Part shown: one piece after another, positions 56,254 to 64,000 of the stretch
Numbering within the stretch: position 1 is the stretch's first letter
How the letters are laid out: every line of letters starts with the position of its first letter
IMG/VR virus record: IMGVR_UViG_3300046779_002065
Location: 1 to 64,000 of that record
Direction: 5' to 3' (one strand)
Length of the DNA stretch: 64,000 nt
Source: a virus
Position numbers and translations under genes: made by a program
Notes under the pieces: model-generated
Seen by the model: only the letters and a program-made list of their open reading frames with translations
What the model was told of the DNA's origin: nothing
The model's database searches: none

Positions 56254-57801
56254 TTATATATAAATTGCTGTTAATCTATTAGTCCATGCAACATTGGTTG
56301 CAGTGGTTGTTGTTGTGCTTCCGTCTGAAGCAATGACTATTTTCTTTATCTTCCACACGGTGGCACTCTCTGCTGATCCTAGTGGAGCTGTCCCACAGTA
56401 AGAAGTACTTTCAACGTAATCGCTTCGTTTTTCTAGTTGAGTAACTGGTTTTGCACCATAAGTAAGTTTACCTGTAGTAGTATCGTAGTAAACCATTGAC
56501 GTAGTTTCTACGTTTTCTATACCTGTAAATCTGACTTCATTGTTAACTCTGATTGTACCATTTACGTCTAACTTGTACCCAGCGTCTAGAGTCGAGTTGA
56601 TTTGTATATTCCCTGTTGATCCTTGGATTCTTAAGTAGTATGTTTCCGAACCCGAACCCAAGTTATTACTGTTATAGTTTGACTTACTGTCACCTGCTAT
56701 AGCAAACCATCCTGAATTATCAAAGTTAAATTCAGCTCCAACAGTACCTGCTAACAATGCTGCAAACTTACCACTAGTGTCTAAGTTTCCTACTGCTATA
56801 TTCGGAGTTGCGCTTCCTGCACCGGCATTGAATTTAAACTGAGAAATGCTTCCGATATTTCCTGTTATTGCACCTACAGTAATTGGATTGGTAGTTGTGT
56901 TTCCAGCCGTTGTAACTGCTGCAAGTGTAGGTGTTGCAGTTGAAATAGTCCAGCTTCTATCAGCAGTTAAATCATAAGCTGTACCGTTAATGGTTAAAGT
57001 CCTGGACGCAGGTGTGTAACTAGTTGAGTCAACTGTACCGTTCGCTTTAAGAAATTGCGACGCCGTTCCACTGGTTACTAAAAAACTGGTTGCACGAATG
57101 GTTCCATTTACAGAGAACTTGTATCCTGTATCAGTAGAAATACCCAGCGTCATGTTTCCATTAGCAAACATCTTGAGCAACGGTGTATTAAAAATACCTG
57201 CACCCTGTCCATTGTTAATCGTAATTAATGGACGAGTTGCAATAACCCCATTCCCTTTAAAGAAGCTGATGTTCCAAAGACCTGCTGTGGTAGAAAGGTC
57301 CCCTGAGTCATAAAAGTTATATTGATGTCCAGTGTTATAGACACCATTGTATGCGCCGTAGTGATCTACCCGGTTAAATCCTTCTACTCCACGAAACAAG
57401 TGAGAGTTTGTCCAGTCTGTTGTCGCATGATGGATTCGAAACCATCGGTCTGAACCAGCTTCAATGAAATTGTTATCTGTTCCTCCTAGAGGGTTTACAG
57501 TAAAACTGGTACGAACAGCTATACCTGCTTCAAAGGTTTTTGATGCTGTAATCGATTGAACAGTACTAAGTGTTACATACCCTGCATCAGCGTGGTCTCC
57601 CCAGCTGTATGCTTCATTCCAGTTTGCAATTTGTGTTTGGGTAATGTCTGTTCCGCCAATCTCTTCCTCTGTACCATACCAGTCCAGTTTACGCAATTTT
57701 CCATTGCGCAGATAAAGCTTGTAATACCCTTCCTGCGGATTGTGGTCCGGTTTGTTATACAACAGGGGTAACTGAATTGGAACAATGAATTTGCCAGACA
57801 T
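56254..57801 (-). CDS. tail fibre protein
   Basis: Shares NW..AYSWG.HA.AGY, QFLKA.G..DS and DAGYKLDVNGT with 50454..52520. Confidence 0.75.
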   Translation of the reverse strand: MSGKFIVPIQLPLLYNKPDHNPQEGYYKLYLRNGKLRKLDWYGTEEEIGGTDITQTQIANWNEAYSWGDHADAGYVTLSTVQSITASKTFEAGIAVRTSFTVNPLGGTDNNFIEAGSDRWFRIHHATTDWTNSHLFRGVEGFNRVDHYGAYNGVYNTGHQYNFYDSGDLSTTAGLWNISFFKGNGVIATRPLITINNGQGAGIFNTPLLKMFANGNMTLGISTDTGYKFSVNGTIRATSFLVTSGTASQFLKANGTVDSTSYTPASRTLTINGTAYDLTADRSWTISTATPTLAAVTTAGNTTTNPITVGAITGNIGSISQFKFNAGAGSATPNIAVGNLDTSGKFAALLAGTVGAEFNFDNSGWFAIAGDSKSNYNSNNLGSGSETYYLRIQGSTGNIQINSTLDAGYKLDVNGTIRVNNEVRFTGIENVETTSMVYYDTTTGKLTYGAKPVTQLEKRSDYVESTSYCGTAPLGSAESATVWKIKKIVIASDGSTTTTTATNVAWTNRLTAIYI

Positions 57802-57841
57802 GATAGAGTAGGAATATAGAGGTGTCGGTAGAAGACACCCC

Positions 57842-57854
57842 TATATATAATATA
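57842..57854 (-). promoter_or_regulatory. candidate late promoter motif
   Basis: TATATATAATATA on the + strand. Confidence 0.6.
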
Positions 57855-57875
57855 AGTTAAAGATTTCAGAAATCC

Positions 57876-60800
57876 TTATTTGTTCTTAAACTGTTCTTTC
57901 AGTTTGTACTCAGGTTCAAAGATTCCAATGATGTTATCGTAACCAATCAGGTCATGGAAATTCTTCAATGCTTTTGGATCACCCGCTTCGTACATTCCAT
58001 ATCGCTTTTGGTAGAACGCCGCTTCTTCAAAGCTGTCCCCGAAAATCTCGTAACCCATTAACGACAAGCTGTTCTCTACAAGCTTCCACATGGTCTTTCC
58101 TTCCCGGAAGACAGACGTAAAGTTGGAGAACGAGTCAATGTAGGTATTTACGTTTCCGACAAATGGAACCGGAATCATCGAACGAGATTCAGAAATTACC
58201 TTGGCAAACGTACGCATGATCTGCATCTCCATCCAGTTCAATTCTACTTCATCGTCATCATCGCTGTAGGCAAGTCCACGCAGGTAACCATAAAGCATCA
58301 TCATCACAAGACCTGTGAGTAACTCACGTCCCGCTTGCAATGATCCTGTACGGTAGTACTCGTTTACTTCAGACTTGTTGTTACCAGGAATCATTGCTTT
58401 GATACCTTCTTTAAATCCATATTGACGGAACATGTCGTACATGATACGATACCAACCGGCAGCAAACTTCATTCCCTCAAAATCTTCCTGGTGTTTACCA
58501 AAACGACGGAGTGCCATGTGTACGAAGTACTTCTTGAAGTACTCCATCATAACCCCGAACTGAGTAGAACTGATGTGCGTACTGGTCCAGTCAGCGTAGT
58601 TACCTTGTGCTTTAAGGATCTGGGAGTAGACTTTATTGCGCAGCATTTTTACCTGCTGACTTGTTACATCCACGTCTTTGCGGGTAACGATCTTTCCGGT
58701 GTTGTCTTCAGTAAAGATGTCAAAACCGTTCACCAAGACAGGTTCACCGTTTTCCATCTTGTACATCACGTTACCTTCTGTGTCGTACTGCTTTTCCCCA
58801 CTGGCGTCCAGGTCAAAGACTTTGTACTTGTGATGATCCATGATTGCTACCATGGTTGTCAACGCAATTTCTGTCTCCCCTTTATCCTGGAGCATGTATG
58901 CAAGGTTTGCAAAGTCCATACTTTGGGTAAGGAAACGGTCAAGCTGTGACTTGGTATTTAAGTTTACCAACTCCGACAGCTCTTTCTGGTTCGGGTTCAT
59001 GAAACGTACCAGCTTGGTTTCAAACGATACGTCGCTGACCTTACCGTAATCGGAAATCATACTACCCAAAATATTGTACACTTTCTTTTTGGCGTACAAT
59101 AAATTGCTAGGCGTGTAGTCACCTTTCTGTGCATTGAGGAATGTCTGCACGTTACCAGAAAGCATGTTACCGGTTTGAGCAGCAAAGTCAAATCCAAGTC
59201 GACCAAAACTCACCGCTTTCATGAACAAGCGTAATCCTTTCATGGTGTTGATGTCTTTGTCTCCACCTTTCATACGCTTTCCGTAGATAAACTTGTCGCG
59301 CTCGAACGTCACGAGTTCAATTGCTTTATTGAGCTGGTTCATCTTGGTGGTATCCGTTACATGATCACGCATCCCTTCCATCGCATCAATGATAGCACTG
59401 AAAGCAATGTCTGCTTTACCCATCTCATGGTTGATTTCACGTTCCACCATCCACATACCGACTGCGGTAATTCCGTTGGTTGTTGTCAACATGGCATCAA
59501 GAGGGAAGTTGTGTTTGAAACGTACACGCATACGATCAGCACTACCGTATTCATTGGATGCAATATCTGTCTGCGATTTGTTTTTACCCAGTACAACCTC
59601 CTGTGCCGTTTCTTCGTACTCACGTTTGATACCTTCGATTAATCCAAACTCTTTAATGTTGTCTACTTTGTTCATCTCTACTCCTGGAAAGAGAAACGCC
59701 AGTTTTCTACCAACAGTACCATCCTGTTTGGCAATGTAGTTGTCCATGACCAACCAGTTATAGAAATCATAATCTGTTTGGTTCTGCGTCAACTTGACAA
59801 ACTCAGGGTTGATAAACTCATTGGTTCCGCTTATCTCCCAACGGTTGTTTACCAACTGCAATCCTTTGGGAACAGGGTATCCTTCCGGTGTCAATTGATA
59901 CCTGGGATTCTTTGCCGCCTCTGTCGGACGGGACATACGGAACTTGCGGTGCAACACTTCTTCAAAGTAACTGTCGTCCAGGTCCTCTACAGGAACCTGT
60001 TCAAAGTGAATCTTCTTGGGTGCAGGATCCAATACTTTACCATTACGGAACGTATCAGGTTCATAGAGGTTTGTATGGTTCTTGTTGTACCATGCAGTGA
60101 ACTGCTCCTCCAGGGTGTAATAGTTTGTCTGCGCATTGATGTATCGCTCTTCCAACGCTTTCTCACTGCTGGTACCCGAGTAATCATAGATAGACTCAAT
60201 CTCACGCAATTCGTTTGCAACCTTTTCCAGTTCAGTCACCCGTTTGTTTAACTCTTCAGTGTAACTCTCGGTTTGTTTCTGTGTCTGTAGTTTGCTCAGG
60301 CGTTCATATTGAACACCTAACTTTTTACGTACTTCCAATGGTAAACCATCTTCACCTTCTTCCAGTGCTGCTTTTTTACGGATTGCTTCAATCTTTTCTT
60401 CCAGGGCGTCGTATGCTTCAATGTCTTGCGGATCCATGTTCCCTGAATAGAACGTACCATTCATCTTGTACTTACGACGGATCTTGGAACGCTCTGCTCT
60501 CAAAGCAGTCATCTCCGGATCCTGTCCACCCAGGATGGCGTCAATACGCTCGTAGATACGGTTTACGTCTTTGTAGAATTTATCACTTGGACGACGGGTT
60601 TTGTTTAACTTTTCCCAACGCTTAAACTCTTCAGAGTCAATACCGTATGCTGCAATCTTTTCAGCACGGATCTTATTGTACAATCCCCAGTTCTCATCAA
60701 AGGTCTTCAGCTCGCGGTAACGCTCCATCTTTTTCTGGTAATCCGGATCAGACTTCAGTGCTTCCTGGTAAATCTTGTTACGTTGCAATTCCAGTTCGTG

Positions 60801-63800
60801 AATCTGGTCAAGCTGTGTCTCATTGAGCAATTCCTCCGAACCGACTTTTGTCGAACGGATCCTGCTGATTGCTTCATCAATAATATCCAGCTCTGCCTGC
60901 ACCGATGCCGGTAAAGACATGGACAAATCATAATACTCGTCGATAAACTCTCGCTCCGTAAATCTCTGTAACCATTCGTTGAACTTCTTGACGTCGCTAT
61001 TGATCTCCTGATCCAGTGCTGCAAACTGATCGTTCAATTCCTGGTTGGTAGGGTCTGCGGTACGCTGTCTGCGAAGATCGTTTAACAACTTACGCTTGTC
61101 AGCGATCAATCTGCGCTGTCCTTCGTATGCATCGAAATACGATTGCATCACCGGATTCTTAAACGAATAGTGGTCTCTGGTGTAGGTGGTACCATCCTCA
61201 TTGTAATAGGTGACCGTACGCTTTTCGCGGAGCACAGCATTGGCAGCAGATTCTCCACCCTTCCTGGAGACGAAGTTCTTGACATGGGTGTCAAATTCCA
61301 TCTCATAGAAATTGTTCATTGCCGTGTTCTGCGCATCATTGGTCAAGCTACGCAGTTTGTTAAACGCTGCATACACGATTAATTCCGGGTTACTGGAGTT
61401 GGAAATCAAGTCACCCAAACCAAAACCAATCGGAGTCACCGAGGTATTGCTTCCAAGGTAAAACCTACTGTCTTTGTTGTTCATCAAGCTATAGACATAG
61501 TCTTCGATGTCCTGTTCAGTGAGGGATTTCTTTCCCTGGTCAGCTAATAGCTTCTGCAGCTCTTGTTGCTTTTCTGCCAGCTTCTCTTTACGGAGCTGTT
61601 CAATCTGTTGAGGTGTGTACGTAAAACGCTTGCGTGCCTGCCATACAGCCGGTTTCCACTCAGGATTTTCCAGTTCAGTGATCTCCCGTTCAAGACCTTT
61701 GATTCTACCTTCTATATATTGTCCACGACTCTCGTAGATCTGTTTAACAAATTCTTCCGGAACAGATTCTTTAATGTACTCGATCATGATCCGCTCCCCT
61801 TGCTGGCGATACTTGCTGATCGCATTGCTGAGTGCCGCTCTGGATGTCGCTAGTACCTGCATCACCGGTTCGGTACTGGAAAGCTTGTTACGCTCACCTA
61901 CCTCTGCAATGATCCCCAGGATCTCCTCCAGGTTTTCTGCCTCTGTTTTGATTTCACTCAAACGTTTCAAACGCTCCTCTGTAGTCAACGGTAACGCATC
62001 CAAACGAGCAGCTTCCTCCTCGATCTGTTGAGCAGAAAGATTCAACGCTGCAATAGCTGCAGAGAGTTTCATTCCCTTAGCAAGAGAGAGTTTATCCTCG
62101 TCATTTGCTTTGAGCATCTCTTCCTTGATCTGGTAGAGTTGCTTGCTGCGGTTCTGGTAGTACTCTTTTACTTTTGGATCACTGTAGTATGCCTCGCTCT
62201 TTTTGAGTTCTTCACGCAGCTGGGACAACTGTTTGTCAATACCTTCTACCATGAGGTCAATAAACTCATCCAGTGTAGTATCCTGGAATAATTCAAACAA
62301 GTTGACAACCTCATGGGTAGCCTCTTCTCGTTCATCAAAAGTTTCTCCCTCAATATAGACAGAAGCAATGGCAGCTTCACGGATACGTTTAAACTCTCTT
62401 CGTAACACGCGTTTCTCGCTGATGATGTTTCCTTCTTCATCGCGCTCATACTCAGTACGATACGCATAGTCAAATTCACTGTAGCGGTGTACACGTGCGC
62501 TGGCAAATTCAAAATCCTTGTTGCTTGCACGCATGTTCTTATTCTTGTTTGCGTAAATCAAACTTAGAATGATGCGTTCGTTTACTTCAATTCCTGCCTG
62601 TTTCATCATACGCTCATACACAGAAAGCTGTGCATCGTAGTCCATGAACTTGCTGCGCATTTTAAGCATACCAAACTCAGGGGTTACTCCAGGAAGGAAT
62701 GTCTCTTTCTTGTACTCCTTGGCAAGTTTGTTATGAGGAAGTTCTCCTGCATTGACACGAGCAGTCTTTAAGTCATAAATGGTCACACGACCTTTTTTGT
62801 CAATTGCCATAAAGTCAATACGACCTACAATGGCACCACGGATCGGATCCTTACTGATCATCGTCATCTCCGGAATCAGGATATGTCCTTGCGCATAAAC
62901 GTCACCAAGGAAACCGATAACCTCTTTGGTCATCTTGTACACATCCTCCTGCGTCATCCCCTTGAAGTCAAACGCAGTTTTTGGATTATCCATGGTTTCC
63001 TTGTAACGTTCATTAAAGTCTTCTCGTTCAAACAAAACGATAGGAGCTTGTCCGGTTTCAAGAGAACGAACCTGAAGTTCCTCCAGCATGTTGTGAACGA
63101 ACGTTCCAAAGTTTGCATAGTTCTCTGCACCGGTAGCATCGGTTTGACCAATTACTCTGGACACCCTGCGGGTTTTGTTCGGAGTATTAATCAGAATCTG
63201 TTTATAGTCAAGCAGTTGCTGACGGAATTTTTGCAGGGTAGCTCGCTGTGATGCATTGGGTTTTGATGTACGCTCTGCCAGTTTAAGATACTCAAGCTGT
63301 TTGTCAACACGCTCCAATTGTCTTTCCAGGATCTTTTGTTTCCAGGCAGAGTCGTCTTTCTTTTCTTCCTCTCCAGGAACAGGTAACTCTTTATCGAGGT
63401 CCGCATTTTCGGGTTCCTCCATATTGTACAGTACGTTGTCAATACTGTATGCTTCAATCAATACATTGCGGGTATTGAGGATTGCAGCAAGTTCAGCAAA
63501 AGTGGTATCCAGCGGCATCTCGCTAAAGTCTACTGCCACGTCGACATTGTATCCTTTTTCCCTGAATACTTTATTGAGTAATTCTTTTAACCAGTTGAAC
63601 ATTTTGCTGAGGATAGAACGCAGCTCGTCAAATTCCCTGGCAGCATTGTTCTCAATTTCCTTTGCATACTCTTTTTGCAATACACGGGTGATCAACTCAG
63701 AACGTCGGTCTCCCATGGTAAATCCTTTCTCATTGGTGTAGGTACGCTCAATCTCTGCCCAAAGAGCAGGAGCAACCACCTGTGCTTGTTTGAAAAGACG

Positions 63801-64000
63801 AGTAGCAAGTGCCGGACGATCTACTTTCAAAAGTTCAACCACAAAGTGCATGACTTCCTCCATCCCGATGTCTGGAGTCACACGTCCTTCTACCAAATAC
63901 ACCGTGTTACCTTTAGCAAACGCGTTGATAGAGCGCAGGTTTTTACCCGGGTGATCACTTTGTTTTAGCTCACTGGGATGAATCCATTGTACATCAACAC
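57876..64000 (-). CDS. giant (>2040 aa, 5'-truncated) virion/ejection-type protein with PD-(D/E)XK domain
   Basis: Frame stays open to the window edge; GTFVH..E..GRID..IYDLKT..Y..QLS.Y nuclease motif; EEVMH degenerate zincin-like motif; long coiled coils. Confidence 0.75.
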   Translation of the reverse strand, partial: VDVQWIHPSELKQSDHPGKNLRSINAFAKGNTVYLVEGRVTPDIGMEEVMHFVVELLKVDRPALATRLFKQAQVVAPALWAEIERTYTNEKGFTMGDRRSELITRVLQKEYAKEIENNAAREFDELRSILSKMFNWLKELLNKVFREKGYNVDVAVDFSEMPLDTTFAELAAILNTRNVLIEAYSIDNVLYNMEEPENADLDKELPVPGEEEKKDDSAWKQKILERQLERVDKQLEYLKLAERTSKPNASQRATLQKFRQQLLDYKQILINTPNKTRRVSRVIGQTDATGAENYANFGTFVHNMLEELQVRSLETGQAPIVLFEREDFNERYKETMDNPKTAFDFKGMTQEDVYKMTKEVIGFLGDVYAQGHILIPEMTMISKDPIRGAIVGRIDFMAIDKKGRVTIYDLKTARVNAGELPHNKLAKEYKKETFLPGVTPEFGMLKMRSKFMDYDAQLSVYERMMKQAGIEVNERIILSLIYANKNKNMRASNKDFEFASARVHRYSEFDYAYRTEYERDEEGNIISEKRVLRREFKRIREAAIASVYIEGETFDEREEATHEVVNLFELFQDTTLDEFIDLMVEGIDKQLSQLREELKKSEAYYSDPKVKEYYQNRSKQLYQIKEEMLKANDEDKLSLAKGMKLSAAIAALNLSAQQIEEEAARLDALPLTTEERLKRLSEIKTEAENLEEILGIIAEVGERNKLSSTEPVMQVLATSRAALSNAISKYRQQGERIMIEYIKESVPEEFVKQIYESRGQYIEGRIKGLEREITELENPEWKPAVWQARKRFTYTPQQIEQLRKEKLAEKQQELQKLLADQGKKSLTEQDIEDYVYSLMNNKDSRFYLGSNTSVTPIGFGLGDLISNSSNPELIVYAAFNKLRSLTNDAQNTAMNNFYEMEFDTHVKNFVSRKGGESAANAVLREKRTVTYYNEDGTTYTRDHYSFKNPVMQSYFDAYEGQRRLIADKRKLLNDLRRQRTADPTNQELNDQFAALDQEINSDVKKFNEWLQRFTEREFIDEYYDLSMSLPASVQAELDIIDEAISRIRSTKVGSEELLNETQLDQIHELELQRNKIYQEALKSDPDYQKKMERYRELKTFDENWGLYNKIRAEKIAAYGIDSEEFKRWEKLNKTRRPSDKFYKDVNRIYERIDAILGGQDPEMTALRAERSKIRRKYKMNGTFYSGNMDPQDIEAYDALEEKIEAIRKKAALEEGEDGLPLEVRKKLGVQYERLSKLQTQKQTESYTEELNKRVTELEKVANELREIESIYDYSGTSSEKALEERYINAQTNYYTLEEQFTAWYNKNHTNLYEPDTFRNGKVLDPAPKKIHFEQVPVEDLDDSYFEEVLHRKFRMSRPTEAAKNPRYQLTPEGYPVPKGLQLVNNRWEISGTNEFINPEFVKLTQNQTDYDFYNWLVMDNYIAKQDGTVGRKLAFLFPGVEMNKVDNIKEFGLIEGIKREYEETAQEVVLGKNKSQTDIASNEYGSADRMRVRFKHNFPLDAMLTTTNGITAVGMWMVEREINHEMGKADIAFSAIIDAMEGMRDHVTDTTKMNQLNKAIELVTFERDKFIYGKRMKGGDKDINTMKGLRLFMKAVSFGRLGFDFAAQTGNMLSGNVQTFLNAQKGDYTPSNLLYAKKKVYNILGSMISDYGKVSDVSFETKLVRFMNPNQKELSELVNLNTKSQLDRFLTQSMDFANLAYMLQDKGETEIALTTMVAIMDHHKYKVFDLDASGEKQYDTEGNVMYKMENGEPVLVNGFDIFTEDNTGKIVTRKDVDVTSQQVKMLRNKVYSQILKAQGNYADWTSTHISSTQFGVMMEYFKKYFVHMALRRFGKHQEDFEGMKFAAGWYRIMYDMFRQYGFKEGIKAMIPGNNKSEVNEYYRTGSLQAGRELLTGLVMMMLYGYLRGLAYSDDDDEVELNWMEMQIMRTFAKVISESRSMIPVPFVGNVNTYIDSFSNFTSVFREGKTMWKLVENSLSLMGYEIFGDSFEEAAFYQKRYGMYEAGDPKALKNFHDLIGYDNIIGIFEPEYKLKEQFKNK

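Noticed and set aside
50454-57801. Diversity-generating retroelement or invertase shufflon acting on tail fibres
   Set aside because: No reverse transcriptase, no adenine-specific TR/VR pair and no inverted cassettes seen in this window
58422-63968. Numerous + strand ORFs opposite the giant gene, and similar shadow ORFs elsewhere
   Set aside because: Antisense shadows of long real genes, with no recognisable motifs
1-64000. Stop-codon reassignment as seen in some crAss-like phages
   Set aside because: Conserved genes are full length in the standard code, gene packing is tight, and no suppressor tRNA was seen

Overview
A 64-kb segment of a large tailed dsDNA phage genome. The host is probably Bacteroidota (TAnnTTTG promoter boxes, AT-rich ribosome-binding regions), and standard genetic code fits all genes. 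From about 0.76 to 45.5 kb nearly everything is on the + strand. This arm holds many small early genes (including six paralogues of a ~115-aa family), a MoxR-type AAA/vWA pair, nucleotide metabolism and repair genes (ThyA, SPL-like radical SAM, UDG, dNMP kinase, two metallophosphoesterases), a tyrosine integrase beside a 3'-half tRNA-Met att site, and a replication module (SF2 helicase, DnaB-like helicase, primase, PD-(D/E)XK exonuclease, family B polymerase). From 45.5 kb onward genes run mostly on the - strand: a lysis cassette, tail fibre/spike genes and a truncated >2000-aa virion-type protein. The most unusual signal is in the early region. I found no canonical tRNA, but eight tRNA-shaped RNAs keep an intact acceptor stem and T-arm while the anticodon arm is replaced by large unrelated inserts, rearranged or deleted. 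Several sit inside two dense structured-RNA blocks that flank a Pol-beta-family nucleotidyltransferase. All calls come from motif reading and manual base-pairing; no database search was run.
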